Shown piece after piece: positions 13,329-26,420 of a stretch of 64,000 nt of DNA. Positions within the stretch are counted from its first letter, which is position 1, and each line of letters starts with the position of its first letter. Source of the DNA: Eledone cirrhosa (lineage: Eukaryota); contig OZ024741.1 of assembly GCA_964016885.1 (NCBI GenBank), forward strand, positions 58,838,001-58,902,000. Direction: 5' to 3'. The notes below the pieces were generated by a model, which did not search any database, had not been told where the DNA came from, and saw only the letters and a program-made list of their open reading frames with translations. The translations under genes were made by a program, and so were the position numbers.

Positions 13329-13514
13329 AGATGATGCATGACATACCCTGACATAGTAGATGGTTAAGATTCAGTCATGGTAGTGAGTAATATATGACAA
13401 AACTCAATATTTATATACCTTAATATTGAGAACATGAGAAAAATATATAAAACATACAATAGAGAGGGTGCGTGTGAGACAGCTTAAAAAATACATGGCA
13501 TCAATATAACAGGT

Positions 13515-16500
13515 AAAAAATTTAAAATTACTGAAGAAAGAGGAAAGAAAGAAAAGCAAAGAGGAAGAAAACAGCTGACGGGATACTATAGTTAGTAGTT
13601 GCCTCGAAAGACAAAAGAGAGTTGATTACAGAGAGAGAGAGAGACAAAGGGGAATAATTTATGTTCAAGTTTTTAGACAATTATCCATATATACAATATA
13701 TATCTAAACTTATTTGGTTGACCGTTAATATTCAAAATATTTAATTTAAGTTAGTTCAGAGTAATGAATAATATTTTAGGTTTTAAAAGTTAATAGGTAT
13801 CTGTATTAATATTAAAGTATACTATCAAGTTTAATTTCAAAGATCAAATTTTATGAAATCAGATTTAAAGGATTTACAAACACGAGAAATAAAACAATGT
13901 TTTACAACCTCACGAAAAGTAAACTTTACCAAAATTATTTATAATATTGACAACCGTTTATATAATATAATTTAGAAAATAAAAAGTTATAATTTTTAAA
14001 GAATTTATGATTAACAATTTGAGTGCCAAAAGGATAAACAGGCCTTATAATTAAACTTAAAGAGGTCTGAATTTTAAATTACATATATGTGTTAATCAAA
14101 AAATATACAAAAAATATATTGTCTAAAGACTTAAGGTGATACCTTTCAAATATACATAACATAATACAATAATACAATATAGTAAATACATTACTGAAAA
14201 TATTGTTAAAAATTAATGCTTTAGATATATCCGTTAAATTTGATAAAATAAATTAAATTATATTAAATTAAGTAATCAACATTGACAGCCGAGGATCACT
14301 TTTAATGATCACAAAAGAAACTTTGAGGAAGACCTGCCAGTTAGACTGATTGCTCCATCCAAATCGGATATTGGAGTAATCAGTAAGAATATTATTGATA
14401 GAATTCTACCTACTTTGAAATTGAGGTCTAAATTGAGCTAAATTGAGCTAAATGAAGTGATTGATTGGTATAAAAATATAGAGGATAAGAAAAACCATAA
14501 ACTCATCCAGATGGACATAACAAGCTATTACTCTTCCATTACGCCTAACCTACTAAATAAGGCTTTATCCTACGCTTACAACCATACAGATCTAACTACG
14601 GATGAAATCGATATCATATTAACTACTAGAAGAACTCTAATTAATTTCAACAATGAGTATTTGACCCACTCAGATAGAAATAGAAACTTCGACATTACCA
14701 TGGGATCATCCGACTCAGCGCAAGTCACGGATCTTCTGGGGATATTCATCTTAAGTATGATAAATAGAAAACTGCCGGAGATTACCGGTGGTTTATATAG
14801 GGACGATATTTTATTTACGGTAGTTAAACACAACAATACAGAACTAAATAGGGTAAAGAAAAATATAATTGAATTCTTTAAAAATTACGACCTTAAATTA
14901 GAGGTAGAAAGTGGTACCAAAATAGTTAATTTCCTTGATGTTACCCTTAACTTAAACTCTGGTTTTTATTACCCTTTCCATAAGCCCAATGAAAACTTAA
15001 ATTACGTTAGTTATTACTCTAATCACCGTAAATCTGTGAAAAATGCAATTGTCAATAATGTACAGAAACGCATATCTAGAATATCTGCTAATAAATCAAT
15101 ATTTGATGAAAAAGCAGGATATTACAATGATGCGCTAAGAAAGGCAGGTTATAAAAATAATATAGAATATATAGACAATAATAATCTGAATCTTAATCCT
15201 GATAAAAATAATAATAATATGACTGGCTTATATAAACGAAATTCTAAAAATTATAATTCAAACTCCTGTACTGTGAATAAATCGGGGAAAAGAAACAGAA
15301 CTAAATCAGTTATATGGTCCCCCCTCCCCTGCTTCTGTAGCAGTAAGAACACCACTAGCTAATTTATTCTTTAAGGCTTTAGATAATTCCTTCCTTAGTC
15401 AACATAAATACCGTTCCATATTTAATAGACACACAATTAAGCTTTCTTATTCTACAACTATGAATATAGCTCAAAACATCGCTAAACTAAATAGTTAAAT
15501 TCTAAACCAAAATCAGCATAATGCTGTTAGTAATAATGTTAATATAAATAATAATAAATCGAAATGTAATTGTAGAAATAAACCAGATTGTCCTCTGCAA
15601 AATAATTGTCTGGATAGAAATTTGGTGTATAAATGCACCGTAAAAACAAATAACAACACATACAACTACATAGAGGAAACTTCTTCGACATTTAAATCGA
15701 GATTTGCGAATCATAAATGCTCGTTTTCGAATTTTAATAGGAAGTCTTCGACTTCTTTATCACAACTTATATGGTCATTAAAAGACAAACATTTAAAATA
15801 CTCGATGTTTTGGACGAAGCTTTGTAATAGTAAAATATATTCGAACTCGTCTATATCAACTAACTGCAACCTCTGCACAAAGGAGACCCTATTAATAATT
15901 ACTAATTATGAAAACTTAATTAACAAAAAAAGTGAATTATTCTCAAATTGCCTCCAGAAAGCTTTGTCTACATTCCAAGCCTCACAAAAAGTCAGGAAAA
16001 AAAAACTAAACAAACAGGCTTTAATTTTTGACGTTTCTTATCAACTGTTGGACCTAAAACGTTTTAACAGTTTATAAAACTTTAATAATATTTTATTTTT
16101 TAATAATTTTAGATATTTATAATTTAGATTCAGATCTTTATTTATTTGTCTCGGTTTTAAATATATAATTTGGATATTTAATTTGTAAATTTACTGCTTA
16201 TAATTGAACCGTAGATCATTCATGCATTTATATATTTTAATCATTTTGGGTATGTTCTGGGACTCAGAAAGATAGATCTGCACTTATATACTTTTATATA
16301 TATCTAGGTATAAATATTACAAACCATACTAGTCGACAAATATTGGTCTTTCTCTCCACTGAACTGGAGGTAAAACTACAATTATAGCAGTACTAATAAT
16401 GGTTATAATTATTTATTTATTAAATGTATATCGTTTCATTAATACCCATAATTCTGTCTATATATAGTTGTATAAATATGTTTATCTAGTGTAATAACAT

Positions 16501-17335
16501 GCTCCTAGTTTCATTTATAAATAATTTAGATACTCAAATGACTAATCCCTGGATCTTCGAAATTATATAATGTGTATTACTTAATTTAATATAATTTAAT
16601 TTATTTTATCAAATTTAAAGGATATATCTAAAGCATTAATTTTTAACAATATTTTCAGTAATGTATTTACTATATTGTATTATTGTATTATGTTATGTAT
16701 ATTTGAAAGGTATCACCTTAAGTCTTTAGACAATATAATTTTTGTATATTTTTTTTATTAACACGTATATGTAATTTAAAATTCAGACCTCTTTAAGTTT
16801 AATTATAAGGCCTGTTTATCCTTTTGGCACTCAAATTGTTAATAATAAATTCTTTAAAAATTATAACTGTTTTTATTTTCTAAATTATATTATATAAACG
16901 GTTGTCAATATTATAAATAATTTTGGTAAAGTTTACCTTTCGTGAGGTTGTAAAAACATTATGTTTTCTTTCTCGTGTTTGTAAATCCTTTAAATTTGAT
17001 TTCATAAAATTTGATCTTTGAAATTAAACTTGATAGTATACTTTAATATTAATACAGATACCTATTAACTTTTAAAACCTAAAATATTATTCATTACTCT
17101 GAACTAACTTAAATTAAATATTTTGAATATTAACGGTCAACCAAATAAGTTTAGATATATATTGTATATATGGATAATTGTCTAAAAACTTGAACATAAA
17201 TTATTCCCCTTTGTCTCTCTCTCTCTCTGTAATCAACTCTCTTTTGTCTTTCGAGGCAACTACTAACTATAGTATCCCGTCAGCTGTTTTCTTCCTCTTT
17301 GCTTTCTTTTCTTTCCTCAGTAATTTAAAAAATTT
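13515..17335 (+). mobile_element. Penelope-like element (Naiad-like), 5'-truncated, with ~760-bp inverted terminal repeats
   Basis: 13515-14276 is the reverse complement of 16576-17335 with few mismatches; encloses RT and GIY-YIG coding sequence. Confidence 0.9.
14285..16077 (+). pseudogene. PLE reverse transcriptase + Cys linker + GIY-YIG endonuclease (disrupted)
   Basis: ITFNDHKRNF..RLIAPSKSDIG, MDITSYYSSI, TMGSSDSAQ, GGLYRDD, NFLDVTLNL, YPFHKPN..YV..SNH; CNCR...CPL...C; VYKC, CNLCTKE, LINKKSEL..C; frameshifts and stops present. Confidence 0.92.
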
Positions 17336-17338
17336 TAA

Positions 17339-17389
17339 ATCTGCCTATGGGTAACAAGATGGCCGCCATCTTGTAACCCATAGGCAGAT
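17339..17389. repeat. 25-bp-arm hairpin
   Basis: atctgcctatgggtaacaagatggc-c-gccatcttgtaacccataggcagat, 1 mismatch. Confidence 0.85.
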
Positions 17390-17949
17390 CTCACACAATG
17401 CAGCCTCGACAGAAGAGTACTGCTCGACTATGGCAGACAATTGATATACCCAGGACACCATAGTGAAATACCAATATATGGAACATTACATTTATGTAAC
17501 ATTCTTTCCTTATTTTAATTTATATTCCTTTTGAAGTTCCAATGAGCTGCTCTATCTTTACCTATGTTAATTATTTTTAACTGAACCAGATCAATAATGA
17601 TATATAATCATTTGATCCAGAAATATTATATGGAGTAGCGAAACAATTGTAAACAGACATTATTATTATTAATATTATTATTATTATTCTCTACATTCCT
17701 TATCTCAAACTAAAATATGTTGACAATCTTTTAATAATGTCTTCCTTGTGAAATTTGTGGTCTTGTTTTGCTTAACTAATGAATATTTCCAGCTTTGTGC
17801 ACCTAACCTCTGCATGAACCAAGCCACCTAGCTGCTTTCCACTGCATATTGCACATTGAGCACATGCCTTTACGCTTTGGCTTCTAAATAATTCACCAAT
17901 CTCTCCTCTCCTATCTCCATCTCTCTCTTTAAGATTAGTTACTCTTGAA

Positions 17950-17987
<38 letters not shown>

Positions 17988-17991
<4 letters not shown>

Positions 17992-18113
17992 GTTTCTACT
18001 TTTGGCACAAGGCCAGCAATTACCCAGTGTATTACTGGTACTTTATTTTATCGACCCCGTAAGGATGAAAGGCAAAGTTAACCTCGGCGGGATTTGAACT
18101 CAGAATGGCAAGG
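17988..18113 (-). mobile_element. SINE family A copy
   Basis: Near-identical to 1108-1235. Confidence 0.8.
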
Positions 18114-21100
18114 GCCGCCGTTGTTGAAAAGAGCAGTGGCCTTTGACCTGGCAATAAAAACTGGAGACAAAATTCTTTCTGTACCAAAACCAAGGCACAC
18201 ACACAGAGGTTTGTGTGTGTGTATGTATATATATATGTGTGTGTGTGTGTATATATATGTGTGTGTGTGTATCTATCTATATATGTATATAAGGAATACA
18301 GATATTTCTCTCTCACTGTCACCAAGCTTCTCAATTCATTTGTTGCTACTAAGTATTTTATTTTGCTACGAGGTATTTTATTTTGCAAGGTACTATTTCC
18401 CCCTGAGTTTGTGATTTCAGAGAAAGGTAAGAAATTCTTTATAGTTTGCATCTCTTGTATTTTGACTTTACAGTTTGAATTGTAGAATTGTCTATCCACT
18501 CAAAATATTACAGCAGCTAACAGTGAAATATAGAATTTAAAAAAAAAGAAGCTTTTTCAACTGAGATCAAATCTTTGAGAACATTCATGTCTATTTTTCA
18601 AAAATATATAATTTGAAATAGTTTGCTTTTGTTTTGGACTGAAACTTTTTTTGTATTTAATTCGTACGAGTATTTTTTAAAGATTCTAACATAACTTGAT
18701 TTGGCCCAGTAATCTACTGATATCAAAATCAGTAGTATATTGAAAAATGGAAAAATAGGGTAGGGGATTTCGAGGGGCAAAAGGGGACGTTTGGCCGAAA
18801 TGGGTTGAGAACCTTTGTTCTAGACCACTCAGCTTGTAAACATGAGTTGTACCTGTAATTCAAAGGACCAAGTTCATCATCTCTGGTGATACTTTGGTAG
18901 ATTTCATTTTTCAATCTTTAAAGCTCAATAGAATAGGTATCAGTAATTTACCTGAGAACTTTAAGTGTATTCGTGTCTACAGAATGCACTGCCTATTCCA
19001 TGTTAATTTCACTGTAAGGTTGTTCTGTTGTTTGAACAACTGAAACATGTCATTGGAACTGACAAAGATCAAAACAATTGTAATGAGAATTTGAGTGATG
19101 ATGATGATAATGAATATATGAATATTTTTCACTATGGAGATCTGATAAGATCGAAACATGTCTATAATCTACTAGTAACAGTAGGCTTCTCCCTATAAAA
19201 TTGCCTTCATTCTTAAAGAAAACTTTTCCTTTTGAGGATGTTATTGTTGTTTTTCTAAACTGATTCATCTCCCTTTTTTTTTTTTAAAGATTATAAGGTA
19301 GGGTTTTGAGGAAGATTTGGTAACTATTTATAGCAAGAAAACTATTTATAGCAAGAAAACTGACCATATTGATCTTTTGTTGGCTTCTGAAGATGTTGGG
19401 TAAAAGTCATTATAATTTTGTAAGCTAGAGTTCCAAAGATTTTTGTACATTAAAGTTCCAAAGATTACTTTTATTTTGAAGAAACTGTAATGTTTTCGTA
19501 TGAATTGAACAGAGTTCCATGTTTTAATATTGACTTGTGGTGAGGGTATTGTATAAAAGCCATTGGCCATTTTGTAAGTCAAAGTTCCAAAGCTTGAACA
19601 TTGATATAATATATAGATGTGCAACAGTTATTGGGTTTTCTTGAGAAGAATTTTAAAAACATTTCAGAAATGGCCATGTAATAATCTAAGGCATAGTTTC
19701 CTTCTTATTGTGCAACGTTGATCTCCGTTTTGATCTTGATCTTTTCATATAATACTTTTCTTATCTCCTTGATTTTATTCTAACTAATCTGCTATAGATT
19801 CTTTGGATTGTAAGCTGATAATTCCATGCACAGAGACAGCCCAGAGTATTAAACAACAAGAAATAGAAAACATAGTAACAAAGGAAATATCTATAATAAT
19901 AAATGTGAGTTTCTGTGCATATGTTCACATGGTTTTCTGGCTCTGGCAAATATACGTATTGTATTTAAGTATTAAACTAAATAAACCAAAAAATCAAATA
20001 TGTCATTGCAAGTTCGTATCATTTTCCCTCACAAAAGAAACTTTTGCTTTTTAATTATAAATGATACACTAGACTGCTTTCTCTTGGAATAGTGGATATG
20101 GGATATTCAAGAGTTGATAAGAAAAACTGGTTTATTTGTAAATTTGTACAGATTCGGATTTCATCAAAGTTGTTGTACTGGGATTTTTCAGTCATGCCTC
20201 AGCTTATTGCTGGTTCATATTCCATCTTTTCTTAATTAATGCGACAGTGCACATTGAAAATATAGTTTTCCCTTTTCATATATTTGTATATAGATTGATA
20301 GATACATTACAAAACAAACACACACATACCTACACAAGCAGAAAACTGTCTAGATAAGGTGATATTTCTGCTAGTTCTAAATATAAAATAGAATAAAATA
20401 AAAAACAGCTGAAAAGTTGACATCTATTATATAGAGAGAAGCCATGGAAAAGCAACAGCCATTGAAACACTTAAAGTGTATGTTGTGTTTTAATTCTCAT
20501 GGAAGGACCTCTGCCAGTTTTCACGATGAGTGTTCAAGTTGTATGAACACTGGGGAACTCTGCTAATGCAATTAACATGTAAGTGACTGAGCATTGCACA
20601 GAGATGTGTACTCTTTATGTAATTTTCAGGAAGATTGAGCATGACTATATGTGACAAGACTGGTCCTTTGAATGCTAGGTACAGTCAATCTTGTGTTATA
20701 ATGTAAGTAGCTGAGCATGACTCTGTCATATGTAACCCTAACGTAATTCGCAGGGAGATTCAGCAAGATACAAGTGGGACATGGCTGGCCTGTTGAATTA
20801 CAGGCACAATCCATTCAACAAACTTACAAACATTTTCTGTGTACCCAGTTTCTCTCAGAATGCATGAGTTGAGCCATTTGGTTGAGATGACATCCAGTTG
20901 AATTGAACACAGCACCTAGTGATTGCAAAGCAAACTTCTTAATCATTACCATACTATGTCCCTACTTAAAGTGCATGCTGTATTTTAATTCCCATAGTTT
21001 GGGGATTGTGGATCATACATAGGAAGTTCTCTTCAATATTGACAGCTTCACAGAAGTTGGATGTCACAAGAATACCAGAATACAATAATCCAAGAATAGA

Positions 21101-21939
21101 AGAATAGAAACAAGAATATTGGTCATCTTGTCACAAACATCTGCTAAGTTTAGTTAGGTTGCAGATTATCATTGTTCAGTATGTTGTGTTGTGTGTGTGT
21201 ACTTGTGTGAGAGCTTTGTGTGTGGGTGAATTTTTCTGTGTGGATCTATGTGTGGGGAAGTGTTGCATGAATTTGTGCGGTATGTCTGGCTTGTGTGTGC
21301 CTTTGTCTGTGTGTGTGTGTATGTGTGTGTGTTTAAATACATGCAGTTCCAGTAATGTTTTCTTTTGAAAAAGAAGTTCTATGAATGCAATGAGAGAAAA
21401 GAGAATATTGTATAAAATGGAAAGTAAAAATTAAATCCATCTGAAGTTTATTATTTTTGTTAATAACTATGTTCATTGATCTAGTCATTGAACTAGTAGT
21501 AGTAGTAGTAATTAACTTGGACGAAATTGAAAAAAATACCATATACTGAAAATTAAAACTATGAATGTGGTCAATACCATCTAGCAACAACAAGATAATT
21601 CCAGTTGTAAGAGCCCTGGTCTTGATACCACTAAAACTGAGAAGGCATCATAAGCAAATTGCTTTCCTATAAATGACTACACTGTTGGGCATTGATTGTA
21701 TATATAGTCAAGACATTAGCCTAAGGTCTTTCTTGACACTTGACAAGCAGTAGAAGCTTCAGTAATTATCAATCTTTTACTAGTATTAATAAATAATGTT
21801 TGTAATTATGTCATTATGTGGAGTAAGAACAATTTCTTGCCATGAAGAAAAACATTTTTGCTATGAAAAAAATCAGCAGACTAATATTCTTTTTAGAATA
21901 GCCAAATGATTTCTAGCTACCATGTATGGAAAATAATAA

Positions 21940-22114
21940 TAATTGTTCCTACTTGAGGCACAAGGCCAGCAATTTGAAGGGAAAGTCGATTAAATCGACC
22001 CGAGTACTTACTGGTACGACCCCATAAAATAAAGTACCAGTAAGCACTAGGGTCGATTTAACTGACTTTCCCCTCCCCTCAAATTGCTGGTTTGTGCTTT
22101 AAGTAGAAACAATT
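21940..22114. repeat. Inverted pair of SINE family A 3' halves
   Basis: aattgttcctact..ccagcaatttg..aatcgaccc..ctggtac then gtaccag..gggtcgatt..caaattgctgg..gtagaaacaatt. Confidence 0.7.
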
Positions 22115-22215
22115 AATGGACCAAATACCTGGAAAGCTATTTCTGCAAGAGATACAGAAACTAGTACTGACTGACACTGTCCACGTCCAGAGAAGGCATT
22201 ATCAATTTAAATACC
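22115..22215 (+). pseudogene. Degraded C-terminus of an R4/Dong-like (RLE) non-LTR element
   Basis: Reads approximately DQIPGKL..QEIQKLVLTDTVHV with frameshifts; a related IIPVV.AL.LIP remnant lies near 21595-21640. Confidence 0.4.
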
Positions 22216-22322
22216 TTATCAAGACATTTACTGTTGTTTATGCCCTTTTGGTGTAGGATGTGTTGTCACCAATTTGTTTGAAGATGTAAATTCCAATTTA
22301 ACGGAGAAGTATTTTAGAGAGT

Positions 22323-22735
22323 TGTAATGTCGCCACGAGGAACCAGGTTTGGTAGAGAGATATGATAGGAATATCAACGACTTTAGCTTGGTTTTACATT
22401 ATTTATTAACAGAGGTTGAGCTGGCATGCCAAGAGAAATGAAATAATTCAATTAAGATTACAAGAGAAAATACGGGTGACTGGCTGAAGGCGTTTGGCCA
22501 GGCTCGTAGGTAATGTTTTGTTGTTACATATTGTTTGCGCTGGCGGAGCAAAAGAACAAGCGGTTTTTACTTAGCATGGTCAAGCCTGGAAGTGGTTGCG
22601 TCTTCAAATCTTTGCGGGCTATTTCTCCCTCAGAACGCGTAGGGATACATCCTCTTCTACTGGCGCTGATTGGCTGAGCTGAGCCAAATCACGCACAGAT
22701 AATGTATGTGAGCCCGCGGAATATAGGTCACTACA
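22323..22735 (-). mobile_element. LTR (3' LTR of an LTR retroelement; CpG-rich internal sequence to ~23640)
   Basis: Ends tgtaatg...cactaca (TG..CA, short inverted ends); AATAAA on minus; purine-rich ggaggtga just upstream on minus (PPT-like). Confidence 0.6.
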
Positions 22736-23641
22736 TCACCTCCGAGCAGATTTTCAGCCGAAAATCGTTAACGAAGAAACTGAGGACCCACAGATAATTG
22801 AATCAGCAAGAACAAATGCTGAAAGAGCACATCAATGAAAAAATAATTGAGCAGAAAGATGCATGCAAGAACAAAAAAAATTAGGCGCGACGGGCCGTGT
22901 TGATCCGCTGTCAAATGACTAGCTGTTTTGCAGATTATACGTGACGAGAAAGGTCTACCAGAAAACAGATAAAGTCTGACATGGGCGAAGTTGCTGTTCT
23001 TGCATTAAATGTTAATGGTGAGCGTTGTACCAGTAGCTGTGAACGAAGCTATTATGGTAGTTTACCAGTGCTGGCGAGAAAATGATGGCCTCCCAAACGT
23101 ATTACCGAATGTGCTATGGAGCCAGGAAAAAATGGCTTGTTGCTTTGATAAGGAAAAAAAAGCAAGTTGAATCTGTAGGTGAGTTGCAGTTCCATGTAAT
23201 ACAGCAAAGAAAATGTGCGCGCGCGGTTAATATATAATGATAGAGAGAAATGAATTTTCATATAATACAGTTTAAAAAAAAAATAAATGTCCAAAATAAA
23301 TGCCTGAAAAAAAAAAAAGGAAGAAAGAAAGAATTGTTGTTAAAGCAAAGTCACAATGAATCTTCTGTAGAGTCGAATTCGAGCGTTGAAGAAGCTAGCG
23401 TCACCGATATGGCAGCCACGTCTGACGCCATAATGGTGAGAAAACTAATGTCTTAATTTCTCGAGTCCTTGTGGTAACGAGACAGAAGGTATGGTGGTTG
23501 CGTCGGTAAAGTTACAAGCCGTTTCCTGGTGTTGGGTAATATAGCAATGTGTTGCCGCTGATGGCTGTTACTTGGTGGTAGCCATTTTGAAATCTCCTCG
23601 TGGCGTAAAGTTTTGGAAATAATGCTAATTTTTTTCTCTAA

Positions 23642-24136
23642 AAATGCTATTAGTTCAATTCCCAGTTGCCCATTGTGTTCTTCAGCAAGAAACTTTATTT
23701 CACATTGTCTCAGTTGACTCAGCTGGCAAAAATGTGGTGTACCTGTGATTCAAAGGGTTAGCTCCTGACAACTACATTAAAAGTAGGCTATTCTATTGAT
23801 CAAACAACTAGAACACTCATAGGTCTGAACCACCAGTTGCCAAATCACATATGTATATGTGTATGAGTATATATATATATATATATAGTTGTTTGATCAA
23901 TAGAATAGTCTACTTGTGGAATAAATATGCAAATTGTTGAGAATTCAACAGACACATGTGTATATATATATGTGTGTGAATGTATATATATATATGTGTG
24001 TGAATGTATATATATATATATGGGTGTATGTAGCTCTGTGCATACATTCATACATATGTCTAATCCCTGCTATCAGTGAAACTGTATGTTAAATGATGAC
24101 AACAGATATTTTATTTAGTAAATTTAGTGTGTAATT
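23642..24136 (+). repeat. ~495-bp direct duplication of 35072-35568
   Basis: Identical apart from one substitution and TA-run length, as read by eye. Confidence 0.9.
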
Positions 24137-24360
24137 GATTGTAAAATTTTACCTCAGGTGTCAGGTTCATATGTGGCAAGATATGTGGTCATATATGGCA
24201 GAAGTCAAATACCCAACTTCATTCACAAAGTTGGGTTGAATTGAGGCTTTGGTAAAAAGAAAAAAAACAACACTTGCCAAGATGTCCCACAGTGGGATCA
24301 AACTTGGAATTTGAATGAGTGTGAAAAGAACTGCTTAACCATTTGACTATGCTGCATCAA

Positions 24361-24608
24361 TTAACCCCTTCATTATCATATTTTTAATGAAAGACAGCCT
24401 ATAATTTTCAATTAATTTGGAAAATAATCAAGAATTTGGAGTGATTTGGTAATATAAATAACTTTCTCATCATTTAGCATGTTTTGAACATAATAAAGGT
24501 CCTTACAGGAAATTACAGTAGAATGTTTTTTAGAAACCTTTTGAAATAAAAACTTAGATATCATAGAACCAGAGGTGGGTTCAGGTGGTTTGCTATCAAA
24601 AGGTTTAA
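24361..24608. mobile_element. TTAA MITE family 1
   Basis: ttaaccccttc...atcaaaaggtttaa. Confidence 0.6.
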
Positions 24609-25859
24609 AGAGAGAACTGTCGCCTAGTTTCAGAGAAATATCAGTAATAAATTTTCTGTTAAGAAGTGTAGGTAGATATAATAATTTCTAAAGAAAGACT
24701 TTTATGACACAAAGCTAAGACCGAGATGTTTATCAACAAAAAATATATTAACATAGATCACGTAGACTAACACCAACACCATAAAATAAGAAATAACAAC
24801 CGAAAAAAGCCCCCACAGGGAATAAAAGCAAAATCTAAACAGCACATAAAATGTTAACATACAATAAAAGGTTGATATAACCAATAAAACATAATTATCA
24901 CATAAAATATAGTATACACTAACATGATAGACAAAAATTACGATGGTTAATGTTGCCATTGTTTGGGAAGACCATGATGAATGGTCTCTGCAGACTCCTT
25001 TCATTATTTCTGTGTGTGTATGTGTGTATATACACACACACACATGTATGTATATATATATGCACACACATATATATGTATAAGTGTTATTCTTTGGCAG
25101 GGTCATGCTGCCCATAAATGCACACGAACCAACACAAGTTGAGTTCACTTAGGTTTTGTTATTAGTCATGTAACTAATCTTGGCAGAGTTATCCTACTAG
25201 ATAACAGGCCACAGGTGGTGAATATGGCTACCAGATAGGATGGTTAGTTACAATATAAGTGGGTTTCTGCTGGATGAATAAGCAAACCTGGACCAACTGG
25301 TAAACTACTAGGGGAGATGGAGCAATGAGAGATACTGTTAGCTTTCAAGAAAACTCTCACAACCCAGTGATGTAGCTATGATGATCTGAGTAAAAGCCAC
25401 CTCTAAAAAAAGCCTAGTCTTCACAGGTCTGAGAAAAGTTCTACATTGTTGACTGGCATGAATAAGAACTCCAAAAACCTGCAGTATAGCTAGATACATT
25501 AAACATTCACACTACATCCTTCTTTGCACAGGATAAGAAGAGACACATTCAGGCTTTAGGTAGAGATGCCTGTTCAAAAAATATATTGCAGTCTCCATTG
25601 AATACTGTAAGAACTGGCAATGGGCCTGAGACCTGTCCTGGGAAGTGTGGGATAGATGCATAATGGTTGCAAATCCTGAGACACCAAAGAGAGTTCAGAA
25701 TGGAGCAAATGTTAACTACACTCACCAGTGTAATCTAATTCAGTTCCTAGTACTCAAACTCAACTATTCAGGTGTGGTGCAAGAAATGACTAACCGGCTG
25801 TTGGAATGTCTTATGAACTGGATGGATCTGATTAGAAGGCAGGATTTTCCACTTGAAGT

Positions 25860-26420
25860 TTAGGCTGAAAGAAATATCTTTATGTAGTGCAAGTTTATGA
25901 GCTAAACATTGAGTCTGAATACAGATCCTTCATTGATGAAATCACTGCAGTGTTAGAAAAGACTGAATCATTTATATTAGTGGGAGACCTCAATACACAA
26001 GTTGGCATTGACCACCTGACATGGAAGGGAATGATTGAAAGGAATGATAATCCCAATCTGAATATGAATGGAGAGGCCTTATTAGATTTCTGTTCTAGTA
26101 ATGGACACTCTATTATGAACAACTTCCAGCACAAAGACCTCCATAAATACACTTGGTATAAGGGAATCAGGGACAAAGATTAATAATAGATTTTGTTATT
26201 GCTTCTGATATCTTCAATTCTGTGCTGGATGTTCATATTAAGAGAGGGGCTGAGCTGTCAACTGATCACCATCTAGTTATTTGCAGCCTGAGGCTACCTA
26301 AAGCCAAGAAACTCACAAAACTGACAGGATAAAGTGAGAAGCACTGGCTGATAACTGATAAGGAAGTCAGGTGCAGGTATGCGATACTATAGTATCCAAA
26401 TTCAGAGAACTCCCTGAGCA
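25860..26420 (+). pseudogene. LINE APE endonuclease fragment (RTE-like)
   Basis: FILVGDLNTQVG, NGEALLDFC, KYTWY, IDFVI, STDHHLV motifs. Confidence 0.8.

Larger units (their letters stand above)
8027..18817. mobile_element. hAT (Charlie-like) element, 10.8 kb including nested insertions
   Basis: Perfect 14-bp TIRs caaaggttctcaac (8027-8040) / gttgagaacctttg (18804-18817); 8-bp TSD ttctagac (8019-8026 and 18818-18825); it interrupts a family B SINE that resumes at cactcagct after 18825. No transposase recognised. Confidence 0.85.

Noticed and set aside
19346-19949. Short ORFs in non-repetitive DNA
   Set aside because: No recognisable motif or clear splice boundaries
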